Positions 50,060 to 61,969 of a stretch of 64,000 nt of DNA are shown one piece after another. This DNA comes from Gracilinanus agilis. Lineage: Eukaryota. The DNA is taken from NCBI RefSeq assembly GCF_016433145.1, contig NC_058131.1, positions 27,436,774 through 27,500,773 of the forward strand, in the 5' to 3' direction. The notes beneath the pieces are model-generated. The model did not search any database. It had not been told where the DNA came from and was given only the letters and a program-made list of their open reading frames with translations. Each line of letters starts with the position of its first letter. Position 1 is the stretch's first letter. The position numbers and the translations under genes are program-made.

Positions 50060-50990
50060 CTGGTGACCTTTATCTTCCTTTTTATTTCTCTACCAAGATG
50101 CCCTGAGGAGTCAATAGCCTTGGATAAGAGAGAATTGAGAATAAAAGATATGTGAGAATGAATGAACATCAGTTGATCAGGATGAACGACTTCTTTAGGT
50201 AATGAAATGTCTAATATTGGAGCCCCCATCAAGTGACCTCCACAATATCTTTGAGAATGGGAGAAGCAGTGTATGATTAGTGAAGGTATATGTTCTGATT
50301 TTCAGCACAGGGAAGAGAATGATCTTGGAGTCTCATGAATCAGTGAGATTGATTGGCAACATTCTAGAATGGATTATCAATGTGATGCTTAGCTTGAACA
50401 TCTAGATGAGGAAGGGGTCACCTGAGAAAGCCAACATGCTTTCATCTAGCGCTATTCTTTCCAGACTAACAAGACAGAAGTTAGAGGTATAGAAAGCCAA
50501 GAAGGGTTATTTCTGTTATGCTCTCAGAACTGAGAATCCAGATTCATGGCCCATTGCTGAAGGCCATCGAGTTCACATCGATGACAAGGTCACACATGGA
50601 CCCTGATATCTGCAAGGCAAGATTTACAGGAGGATAGATTTCCATCTAGGCCTCCCTGTGTGATTCTTTTCTTATTAACACTCCCTAATTAATGATCAAT
50701 ATTCCAACTAAGCCCCAGGTTAATACAGATGAACACTATAGGTTATTATTGGAACCCTTACAGACCCCCCAATAAACCTACAGGAAAACCCCATCTTTAT
50801 ATGTACTGATATAGAAATCATCCTAAAATCACCCTATAATAAACCAGCAAAAAATGAGTTAACGTTAGAGATTCTAAATTCCCCAGCGAGGCTATACCTG
50901 GATCCCACAATCTCTATAAACAAAATGCTTGGAAACAAGCTCCCCCTGATCCTTGAAGTGGAACATGAGCAGAAGGAAGACAGGGAATGA
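50060..50990 (+). other. Candidate endogenous bornavirus-like L fragment (N-terminal / pre-motif A region)
   Basis: Stop- and frameshift-interrupted frame with ordered anchors KCLILEP, LESHESVRLIGNILEWI, SW/PLLKAIEFTSMTRSHMDPD, LLEP and KPAKNELTLE. Compared by eye with BoDV-1 L recalled from memory; no database search was run. Confidence 0.5.
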
Positions 50991-51799
50991 AATATTAGAG
51001 CATAATTACCCTCCGACAACATCAAACTATTCTCATTAACCCCATCATATAAAAAATCACTTAGCCACCCCGCTGTCCACCTCTCTGCAAACCTAACCTT
51101 GAAAAATATTAAAATATATTTGAATCGGGCTTAGGGTTATTATATCTTTATATCTTATTATATCTTTGAAATCTGAAATGAATTGTGTAACTGTGTAATC
51201 AACTAGCTAAGGAATCATTTACTGATCATGCTTATGATTGGCTTGACCTAGCTGGAACGCACGCCTTGAACCTCGCGGATGAATTACTCTGTGATGAATT
51301 TTTCTTATCAAAGCTTTGCATCTTTTGTTTAATAATTATAGAATGTCAATCAAACACATCTTGTGATTCAGTGTTGATCATGGAATATCCATGCCAACTC
51401 TGCATGTAACTTCCATGGCAACTCTGTATTTGAACTCATGAAGATGAGTTTTCCTGATTCTAAACCCAGTGCTCTGTCCACCGCACTGCCTGGTGTTAGG
51501 CACTAGAGTTATACAGAAAGGCAAAAATAGTCTCTGTCCTCAGAGAGCTCACATTTTAATAGAAGAGACAACATGGAAATGATAGGTACATATAATATTT
51601 AAAAAGGTTAGAGGAGAAGAATTGTTCTTACTCTATCTTTGAAGCAGATATGCCTTTGTAAAAGTTAATCAATGTTTAAGTCATTAAATGCACAATGGAC
51701 ACAATATCAAATCGTGTAGGAAATATAGCCAATTGGGGGTTTGAACAGATGGCAGTCAAGAAGAGAACCCTGAAACCTCTCTGGGAAACTGAGGACCCT

Positions 51800-52426
51800 C
51801 AGGGGCAGCTGTCACAGGTCTGGCTCTGAGAGAGGACCAGAACATAACTGGCTACGTAACAATCATAATAATTACAATAATAGAATGACATCAGAATAAC
51901 AATTTATCTCAGGACCACTTTTATTCAAACCCCTTAGAAAAAGAGAAGAAGAATAAGACAACAACAATAATACCCAAACTCTCTCTCTTTCATACTGATA
52001 GGACAAATCCTGGCTATTGAAAAAAACAGACCTCAGAATATCCTGGAGAACTCGATCAACGGTACTGCCATCACACCATTATCACAGACTGAACTTTTAC
52101 CCACAATTACTTGGATTTAAAAATGAGCCATAAAATTTTAGGGATAATAGATGTCATTATACCACATACTCATCACCTCCAAGTTGCACGAAACAAAAAA
52201 ACCTTTCAAAATATAAAGAACTAACAGAATAGATAAAACCCACATAGGAACAGAATGAGGTACATGCTCTCCCTGTCATCTTGTTTGCTACTGGAGTTGC
52301 ATTAGGGATGCTTTCATTGAGCCTACAGGGTTGAAATGACATTCTAATGCCTCTATTCAACTTCACAAAGCAGTTATTATATGCACTTGTGCAATAGTTT
52401 TTAGAACATTTAGTATAAAAGAATAG
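51800..52426 (+). mobile_element. R4/Dong-clade non-LTR retrotransposon fossil (restriction-like endonuclease end; Mam_R4-like)
   Basis: Frameshifted PQNILEN / TIITD*TFTHN...IIDVIIPHTHHL / SKYKEL...LPVILFATGV / IQLHKAVIICTCAIV*, the typical R4 C-terminus. Confidence 0.75.
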
Positions 52427-55215
52427 AAGTGTGCCACGGTGTTCCAGGAACATTTCTATCTAAATCCCATCAAAGAGATCAGAATAAAAGTAATAATAGC
52501 ATCACTTCAGGAGGTCAAAAGGCCCTGTATTTTTTCAGTATTTTTAGTTTTCCCCTTCATTCGTGGAGACCTGAGCTTCTCCTTACCTAAGCAGACAATT
52601 TTTGTGAACTGTGGTGGCCAAAAGAAATCATCACCTTGTGTTTTGGTGATTGCATTCTTCATTACATTCTCAAGAGAAACATGAAATGCCCCTGGGTCCA
52701 TGTGTTAGGGGTCTTGCCAGCTTGGTATATACTATATATATATATATATATTCAGTCCAACTCTTATCTGAGTAAGACTCCCTCCTACAAAATCCTGAAG
52801 ACTAGCCACCCAGTCTCTGTTTGGAGATCTCTAACGAAGGAAAATTCATTACTTCCCAAGGCAACTCATTCCTTTTCAGAATAATTCTAATTATAGGAGA
52901 GTTTTCCTTACATGGATCCAAAATACATGTCTTTAATTATTATCCATTCCTCCTAATTTGACCCTTTGAGGAAAAATAGAACCAATCACCTTCTTCTTCC
53001 ATATGCCATACCCAAGTCTTCTCTTTTTTTTTGTGGTAGACGTGGCTACTTCTTCCCATTTATCTTTAATGACAATCCCCAGCAGTTCCTGCTTAGGAAG
53101 AGAAAGATATATTTCTGAAGTAAATATCTGGTCAGAAAGATGCCTGAAAAATAGAACTTGGATCTTTGGATACAGAAATGATAGCTTCTTGTCTAAGAAT
53201 GGATTGCATCTGATGAGAGCTCACTTAATACAGTTACTTAGAGACTTCTGACTAGATTAAAAAGGATTTAAACTGAAATTGGAGCAGGAAGGAACAAAAT
53301 CATCTATAGATCTACTAAACTAGACAGAAACAATGGAGATTAGCAGACGTAAGCTACCAAGTCAAATATCAGGGAAGGACTACAAGTTTAGAAGAGATAA
53401 TATCCAAGTTGGGTATATGTTTTAGGTCATTTTTATATCACTTCTGACTCTTCATGATTGTATTTGGGGTTTTCTTGGCAAAGATCTTGGAGTGGTTTGC
53501 CATTTCCTTCTCCATTTCATTTTACAGATGAAGAAACTGAGGCAAACAGGGAGAAGTGATTTGCCCAGGGCCATACAGCTAGTAAGTGTCTGAGGTCATA
53601 TTTGAACTCAAGAAGATAAGTCAAGAAGATAAGATAAGATTCCAGGTCTGGTACTCTAAACACTATGCCAACTAGCCATCCATGTCAAGACATCAAAATA
53701 AAGTCAATGTCCTTATGTGTTCTATATGCTCAATATAAGTAATGAAAAAAGATAACTAGAGATGTTAACACAAGAGAAAACTTTAGTGGAAGAAAACCAT
53801 TGAATTTAGAATCAGAAACTAGGCATTCTAAGATTATCCCTGGTGTTTCCTTTTTGTACCTTGGGCAAGTCACCGACCCTTTCTAGGCTTTAATTACTTA
53901 GTTTACAAAACAAGAAAGTTGAACTAGATTATTGTTAAAGTCTTCTTGGTTTCTGAATCTTATGAAAATTATGATGTCGCTGAAACTTGACTGGATGTCC
54001 GTTGTTGACTCAGAGCTGACTCATACTGACTCGTGAGATCTAATTGTTAAAATTTCCATGTGAGCACGTTCACCTCAGAAATGATCAAACGCTACAAATC
54101 AGGGCACTTCTTAGTTGTGTGCCTGGCAAAGCCATTTAACCTCTCTGATTCTCAGTAAAAACGAGAAAGATTATACTTATAGTTCCTTCCCCAGACAGGA
54201 GTTGTGAGGATCGAATTAAACAAAGCATCTTAAGTGATTAGTCTTAAAGCACTAATCAAACAACTTATTAAAATGATAGAATTATGGACAATCGCTGGAT
54301 TCAGAAGTGATAAAAATCAGACCCCAAATGGAGGAGTGAATAGATCAATGACAAAGTGTTCTCCAGGGGAAGGATACCAGAGATATGGGCTTGGCCAAGA
54401 CCTAGTTACAATTTTTTTTATTTGTGGCTTGAATGAAAGCATGGGTGATGTATCACTTTTCAGATGACTAAGCCAGAAGGGATAGTTAACACACTGCAGA
54501 GGCAAAGTCAGCATCCGAAGCCATCTTGCCCAGGCAGAATAATAGGTAGAATGTAATAGGAGGAATGAGATGGGAATTTTAGATGTTGTGTTATACCAAC
54601 AGAATAGAAGTGCTTTAAGAACGAGGGCTGTTTAATTTTGGCTGTCTATGCAAGAGCCCAGCACATAAAATTATAGGTCCTTGATATGTCCTTATTGTGG
54701 TGGTTGGATCAGATTGAATTAGGAATAAATGTAAATTCTTACATATGATTAAAAATAACTATAAAAACAGGATGTGTATAAATAATATATATTTTTTAGG
54801 AAATGAAAAGACCCAGAGTCTTTATTACATTGTAAGTCAATAGTGTATCATGGCTAGCTCCCCAAAAATCAATGCCTGGATTGATGGATTCATGTTCATA
54901 TTAAATTAATTTATTGAAATTTGTATAACTTTAAGTTTTCAAAGCACTTTACATCTTCTGTGTGAGGTAAGTGGTTTTATTATTTAAGTTTCACAGATGA
55001 GTAAACTGAGGCTTAGATAGATTAAATAACTTGCCTTGAATATTTTTGAGGTAATTTTTGATCAGTATGGTTCAAACTATATGACCCTTGTAACCTTGAT
55101 ATTCAAAGATTCTATTCTTTTTTTATAAAAAAAAGCAGCTGTGGTAGCAATATTTTTTGTTTCTTTGGGAACTCCTTATCTAATTCTTTCTGCTGATTTC
55201 TTGGTGTATACATAC

Positions 55216-55327
55216 CTGTTTCACTCTTTTTCCATGTGAAGAAGGTCCCAGCAAAGCTCAATACCAGGATGACAACCAACATAACGTTCAGTTCTAGTGG
55301 GTTGTTTCAGAGTGGGCTTTCCAGGGA
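55216..55327 (-). pseudogene. Orphan frameshifted class I-like transmembrane exon
   Basis: AG/GT bounded, 112 nt (not a multiple of 3): PGKPTLKQP / LELNVMLVVILVLSFAGTFFTWKKSET. No alpha3 exon upstream. Confidence 0.8.
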
Positions 55328-55749
55328 CTGTTAGGAGAAAGATATGTAGGTAAATGGGAGTAAGCCCCAAGAAAAAATGGAGGAGGAGGAAGCAAGATAG
55401 TGAAAAGAGAGAAAGATTTTTTTGTTTTAGTTCCCTAGCACATATTCTCCATGGCAATCTAGAACACACAATGGACCCAAGTTTCAGTGGAGAAGCCAAG
55501 ACAAGGTTACAATGAGTCATTTTTCAAGCCCAGAGTAACTTAGGAAGATAAATAGATAGATAAGTCTATGGACACTAAGATAGGAGGTAGCCAGGAGCAT
55601 GGAGCAGCAGCTATAGCAGAGGCATGACAATTCTAGAACCCAGGGAATATAAAAGGACTGAGACTAAACATGAAGGAAGGAAGAAGTGTATCAGAAAAAA
55701 GAAACCTGGGGACCCTTGAATTAGGAGTGGGAGCAAGAATGGGTGTCAT

Positions 55750-56570
55750 CTGGCAGCTCTTTCATCCTTTACCTTCTTCTAGGACACATATCCAAGGCTG
55801 ACAGGAGTAAGTTGCTAGTGAGCATGAATGCCAAGCTGAGTACTTAGCACAGAACAAATCCCAGAAATTTAGCTGTGGCTCTGAGCCCAGAAGCTGTGAC
55901 TCAGTTCTAACTTTTGGTCCAGTATGTAACCCTGCAATGAAATAACCAACGCAGAAGATCAAGACCAAAAGGAAAGTCCAACACTAACATAAAATCCAAA
56001 TTCAATAAGTAGGCTTGAGAAGTGAGCAAACAAGAAAAGAACCTGACCATAAAGAGCTTCTATGGTGACAAAAGCTCAAGACTCAAAAGGGGTTCCACAG
56101 TTCAGTGACTTTGATTCTGTAGAATCTCTCAGCAAGTTAACAGTGACTGAGTCCAACAGGAATCTATTGAAACTCTACTCTATGTAAGCCAACAGACCCA
56201 AATTGTAGAGCTTAGACCTGGAGGATAGTGAATAGACTTATCACCAGATCACACCATTTTGGAAGCACTGAAAATTGTGAAATCAGAAGGATGCAAAAGG
56301 ACAGAAGCTCAGGCAAGAATTCTCATCTACCTCCATTCCCTTGGAAGTGAATGGAGCCAAATCCTAATATAAAGTCTAAATTCAAGTATTCTGGAAGGAT
56401 TAGCAAACAAAAAGAACCTGACCAAAAAAAGCTACTCTGGTGACAGGAAAGATCAAGACTCAAACACAGGAGACAATGACTTGAAAACATCTACAGGCAA
56501 AATCTCAAAGAAAAATGCCAAACTGGACACAGTTGCAACAAAAACTAGGAGAGTTAAAGAAAATTAAAGA
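55750..56570 (+). mobile_element. L1 5'UTR/ORF1 start fragments (partly duplicated)
   Basis: Two copies of agcaaacaa..aaagaacctgacca..aaa.agct.ct.tggtgaca..gatcaagac, resembling the marsupial L1 ORF1 start. Confidence 0.55.
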
Positions 56571-56589
56571 AGGAGCTAAAAATGATTTT

Positions 56590-57570
56590 AGTTTATTTTT
56601 AAAAAAATTATTTTAAAGAATTTTTCCATGGTTACATGATTTATGTTTTTCTCCCTCCTCTTTTCCCTCTCTCCTCCCAGAGCCAACAAGCAATTCCACT
56701 GGGTTATACATGTATATGTATCATATACATTCAACACTTATTTCTATATTCATTTTTGTAATAATCTTTTAAAAACCAAAACCCCACATCCTATATCCAT
56801 ATAAACAAGTGTTGAATCATATGTTTTTCTTCTGCATTTCTATTCCCATAGTTTTTTCTCTCATTGTGGATAATATTCTTTTTCATAAGTCTCTCGGGAT
56901 GGTCCTGTATCATTGCATTGCTGTTAGAAGTAAAGTTGATTACATTTGATCATTCCTTAATGTTTCACTTTCTGTGTATGATGTTCTTGTTCTGCTCATT
57001 TCACTCTGAATCAATTCATGGAGGTCTTTCCAGTCCATATAGAAATCCTCCAGTTCATCATTCCTTACAGCACAATAGTATTCCATCACTATCATATAAT
57101 ACAATTTGTTCAACCATTCCCCAGTCGAAGGGCACGTCCTCATTTCCCAATTGTTTTTGCCACCACAAAGAGTGCAGCTATGAATATTTTTGTACAAACA
57201 TTTTTCATTATTATCTCTTTGGAGTACAAACCCAGTAGTGGTATGACCGGATCAAAGGACATTCATTCTTTTAAAGCCCTTTGGGCATAATTCAAAATTA
57301 CCTTCCAGAATGATTGGATCAATTCACAACTCCACCAGCAATGCATCAGCATCCCAATTTTGCCACATCCACTCCAACATTTATTGTTTTCCTTTACTGT
57401 CATATCGGCCAATCTGCTAGGTGTGAGGTGGTGCCTCAGAGTTGTTTTGATTTGCATTTCTCTAATCAAGAGGCATTTAGAACACTTTTTCATGTGATTA
57501 TTGATAGTTTTGATTTCTGCATCTGAAAACTGCCTATTCATATTCCTTGACCACTTGTCAATTGAGGAAT
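56590..57570 (-). mobile_element. L1 ORF2 C-terminus and 3'UTR
   Basis: MNRQFS..IKTINNHMKKCS..LLIREMQIKTTLR.HLTP..CW.GCGK.G.L.HCW and CPSTGEWLNKL. Confidence 0.9.
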
Positions 57571-59212
57571 GACTTGGTTTCTTATAAAAGTGACTTAGTT
57601 CCTTATAGATTTGAGAAATTATACCTTTGTCGGAGATTTTTGTTTGTCACTAAACTCCCTTGTCTCTTTAAAAAGTCCTCCCTTTTCTTTCCCAATAGAA
57701 TAAATTGTCTTTCTGCTTTCACAATTTTGTTCTTCAGAGCTTTCCATCATTCTCTTTTTAAAAAATAATCCTTCTTAGAATCAATTCTCACTATTTATTC
57801 CAATCAGAAAAATGTAAAGGCTAGGCAGTTGGGGTTGTGTCTTGCCCAGGGTCACAAAGCTAAGAAGTATTTGAGGCCAAATTTGAACCCAGAACCTCCC
57901 AGCTCTAGGCCTGGTTCTCAATACACTGTGTTACCTAGCTGTCCCATTTTCCATCTCTCTTGAGTTCTCCTGTAGAATTATTGGTAAGGGGACCCTAAAA
58001 ATCCTTTCTGATAATGCTACAATATTCTCTTAAAGTTTACAGTACGTGTTCTTGCCTTATATTTTACAACCTTTACACGGTGGGGGTATTTTCTTCCCAA
58101 GGTTTCTGTCCATAACTCTTATTGTAGCAAACAGTACCTATTTATTCATCAGAGCCAATTGCATGAGAGCACATGGGTAAAACTTTCACCTTTGGGAGGG
58201 TGAAGTGATCAGCACACCAAACCAAGAATTTCTCGTCTATTCATCTAGCAGAGACAGAATTCTCACAGTTGTCTAGAGAGTTGAAGTCAATTAATCAGGT
58301 ATTCATTTAGACTACCTACTCTGTGTCAGGTGCTGTGCTGGGAATGGAGATATAATGACTAAGAATGAAATCATCTCCACTGGAAATGAGCTTATATTCT
58401 AAGAGGTGAGACAAGTATTTATAAATAGCATAAAGAACATAAAGTTTAAAAATTCAAAAACATGTTCATTTGTTTCAGTTGTGTCCAATTCTTCTTGATC
58501 CTATTTGGGATTTTCCTAGCCAAGAACCTGGAGTGGTTTGCCATTTCCTTCTCCAGCCCATTTTACAAATGAGGACACTGAGGCAAACAGAGTTAAGTGA
58601 CTTGCCTAGGGTCACATAGCTAGTAAGTGTCAGAAGCTGGATCTGACTATAATTAGTTTGTGATCATGTCTATATATGTCTGAAGGAGCGGGTCAGGGGC
58701 CTTAAGGAGATTGAGGAAATGGGAAATTACTGAGTTTGAGAGAACATCTACAAGGATATTAGTATTCTAGTAAAAGATAGAAGGGGACACTAGGTGGTGC
58801 AGCGGATATATCTCTGGACCTGGGGTCAGAACAATTGATCTTTTTAATATCAAATCAGCAAATTTGCCCTCAGACACTGACTAGCTGTGTGATTCTGGGC
58901 AAGTCACTTTACCCTGTTTACCTCAGTTTGTCTCTGTAAAATGAGCTGGGGAAGAAAATGGCAAGAATGAAAGAAATATTGTGGAGGCTCACTCAGCAGG
59001 ACCTGGCAGCTGCAGATATATGGAAATGGGGAGGTGAGAGAAAATAGAGACAATTGCATCATCTGATTCAATGGGCGAATGGAAAGATGGTGGTGATCTC
59101 AACAAGAATAAGTAGTTATTGAGAGGAGTGAGTTTGGGGAGAAAGAGAATGTGTGCTGTTTTTGATGTGTTGATTTTCAGATATCTATGGGTTATTAAAT
59201 TAGAGATATCTT

Positions 59213-59414
59213 GGGGCAGCTGGGTAGCTCAGTGGATTGAGAGCCAGGCCTAGAGACGGGAGGTCCTAGGTTCAAATCCGGCCTCAGCCACTTCCCAGCT
59301 GTGTGACCCTGGGCAAGTCACTTGACCCCCATTGCCTACCCTTACCACTCTTCCACCTATAAGTCAATACACAGAAGTTAAGGGTTTAAAATTAAAAAAA
59401 TAATAATAAAAAAT
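59213..59414 (+). mobile_element. Young full-length tRNA-derived SINE (SINE1_Mdo-type)
   Basis: ggggcagctgggtagctcagtgg...ggttcaaatcc...A-rich tail, with a flanking duplication aaattagagatatct. Related copies near 10090-10285, 17860-18055, 24700-24885, 28355-28530, 44680-44870, 46010-46205 and 46950-47115. Confidence 0.9.
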
Positions 59415-59629
59415 AAATTAGAGATATCTAAGAAGCATCTTACTGGGGTCTGCCTGGAACTCAAGAGAGAGACTAGAGCTCAATATTTAAATCTGAGAGT
59501 CACTTGCAGAGTTGCCTAGTGGTGATGGAAGGATGTGGGAAGGATAAGAAAACAAGTGAGAGGAAACATTTGTCCTCTGATTGCTCCATTGCTAAACCAC
59601 CATTTTCTCTCCTTCTTTCTAAAATTCAG

Positions 59630-59886
59630 TACACCACAGACACAAGGTCAGTTCACTGCAATGGGCACAGCCTGTTCTCTCTTGGAACTAAGTGGAATTA
59701 GCTTCATAGATGATGTGGAATTGGGATGTTATAACAAAATAAATGGGAAGAATATGTTCAAAGTACCCTGAATTCCCAAAGCATTGGGAGTCAACTATGT
59801 CACTGAGGTGCAGAATTTATTGGTGTACCATGAAAAAATATTTTCCCAGTTTGTTGCTTCTCTTCTAATAAGTGTAAAGGATGAGA
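59630..59886 (+). pseudogene. Inverted class I-like alpha1 pseudo-exon
   Basis: ttcag acceptor, then HHRHK / 1-nt deletion / QFTAMGTACSLLELSGISFIDDVELGCYNK...KVP*IPKALG. TGA replaces the conserved W, and the donor is lost. Confidence 0.85.
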
Positions 59887-60549
59887 TCTGGACCCCTGTC
59901 TTCCTGATTCCTGAGACTAACTCTTCATCCCTTACACCAAACTTCAAGGTGACCACAAAATAAGAAGGGAAACTTCTCAGGAACCAGGAAAGACCTGGAC
60001 TTTGGCAAAAAAAGGTGAAGTTTTACCAACATTGGAGGAGGAGAGAGAACATGGGAGAACATTTCTCTATTGAAGAAAGTCTCTGAGAATCTACCAAAGG
60101 ACAAAAGATCATCTCTAAGCATTATTAGTCTTGTCTTCCATGTGATCCACCCTTCAAGTCAGAAAAAATAGCCTGAGGTTGAGCTGTGGGATTCCTCCTA
60201 CGTCTCACTTTCCATGGTCATTCAACTGCTAGCCACAGTTAGGGAAGTGAATAGTGTCATGTGTCTGTGGGTGGCTGGGGGAGATCCAGGCCAGAGAATG
60301 GGAGTGAGTATGAGAGAGATTCCTAAGAAGAAAGAACAACTTAACCAGGAAGACCAAGAAGAAAAGTGAATGTTGTCATAGAACCTGATTTACTCTCCTT
60401 TGTTCTCCAGGCCTTTTGACATGCTACATTATCAGGATCATCCTCAACTCTTATATAGCCAATCCATCACCAAATTTGTAATTTCTGCTTTTACCATATT
60501 TCTCATATATATGTATATGTTATCTCTCCCCCTCCCTCCCTCCCTCCCT

Positions 60550-60581
<32 letters not shown>

Positions 60582-61647
60582 GTATCTGCCCTTCTTTCTA
60601 CTGATAAAGCTACTAACCCTTATTACCACAAGTCTGAACTATTTTAACAACCTTTTATTTGGGTTTCCTGCCTCTAGTCTCTCCTTATTCTAATCCATCC
60701 TTGCTCAGCTGCTAAAATGATTTTCCTAAAGTGCAGATCTGACCACATTACCTCCTTATTCAATAAACTTCAGTGGTTCTGTATTCGATCCAGAATTGAA
60801 TGCAAAGTATTTGAGCATTCAAAGCCCTTCACAACCTGCCCCCTTCCTACCTTTTTATTCTTCTTATTAGTTCTTTCTAGGTACTTTACAGACCAATCAC
60901 TCTGCCCTGCTGTACACCATAGCACTTCATCTCCAGTCATCAAATAAAGGGCTCTGATAGAGAAACTGAAATAAGTCAAAGTTTATCATCTGTTTGATTT
61001 ATGATAGTCCAACACATGAGATGGTATGATAATATGGCTTTGATATTTGACAGCATGGAGGCTCATGGCAGTTACATATGTTTATCAATGACTTGAATGA
61101 AAGTACAATTGGCATTTCTGGGAACAGACTCAGAGCCCCAGCAGGTTTTTGCTTAATTTCTACCTTTTTGTCTTAGAGAAAAACTGTTAACTCCTTAACT
61201 GTTGGTTTGCTAAGAACTTAACTTAAAGCTTTCCTAGAAAACTGGATTATAATGTTTTCCAATAAGAAAAGATGTGAGTCATAAAAGGAATTACAGGGAG
61301 GAATCCAGATTTTTATCTTAGATAAACCCATCCTGTCTGTGTCCTGACTTGCAGGGCAGAAAGGTCTAAACACACAGCCTTGCCAGTCTGTGTTGATCTT
61401 TTGATGGGGTCCAGATAAAAATATCTATTAGAGTCCCTGTTTCTCTCAATGGCTTCCAACAGCTCTGCACATGACATGAGACCGAAAGGGAGAGCTACTG
61501 CTTTGGATTCTATGGTCGGGGTCCAAAAAGATCTTGTCAGTGCAATGAGACTAATTGAAATAGAGATCAATGTAAAGCTATATACTTTGGTTGAAGAAAT
61601 CACTAAAGTACAGGCTGGAAAAGCTGTGGATATCAATATATCCATAC

Positions 61648-61914
61648 TGTAGAGATTGAAAATTAATATTCAATATTCTAAGTATCATATTTAATAAGAT
61701 TTATTAATAATAAATAAGATAAAAAACTATAGCAAAGAGGGAGCCAACCCAGCCACATAAGTGGGGAAAAAGAGAGAGAAGGAGGAGTTATAGAACTGTA
61801 TAAACAAAACATAACCAACCACAAAATATGGTGGAGAGATTAAAAGGAATTCTGGGAAATACTAAAGGAATTCTGGGGAATGTAGTTCAAAGGTACAAAA
61901 TCTCCACTTATACA
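61648..61914 (-). mobile_element. Short LTR-like element
   Basis: TG...CA ends; homologous to 42303-42593; truncates the ORF at 61449. Confidence 0.55.

Positions 61915-61968
<54 letters not shown>
61915..61968. repeat. (ATCT)n microsatellite
   Basis: Direct reading. Confidence 0.95.

Positions 61969-61969
<1 letters not shown>

Noticed and set aside
50200-51060. Alternative readings as filovirus VP24, bornavirus P or M, or a NUMT
   Set aside because: Only isolated short motifs with inconsistent spacing; the L alignment gave more ordered anchors.
54234-54467. ORF with LWTI, GEG and LGQD..TI strings reminiscent of L polymerase motifs
   Set aside because: The motifs are out of order and the spacing is far too short, so chance is likely. 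Worth including in the same tBLASTn.
59213-59290. tRNA-like A/B boxes
   Set aside because: Head of a tRNA-derived SINE with tail and target-site duplication, not a tRNA gene.
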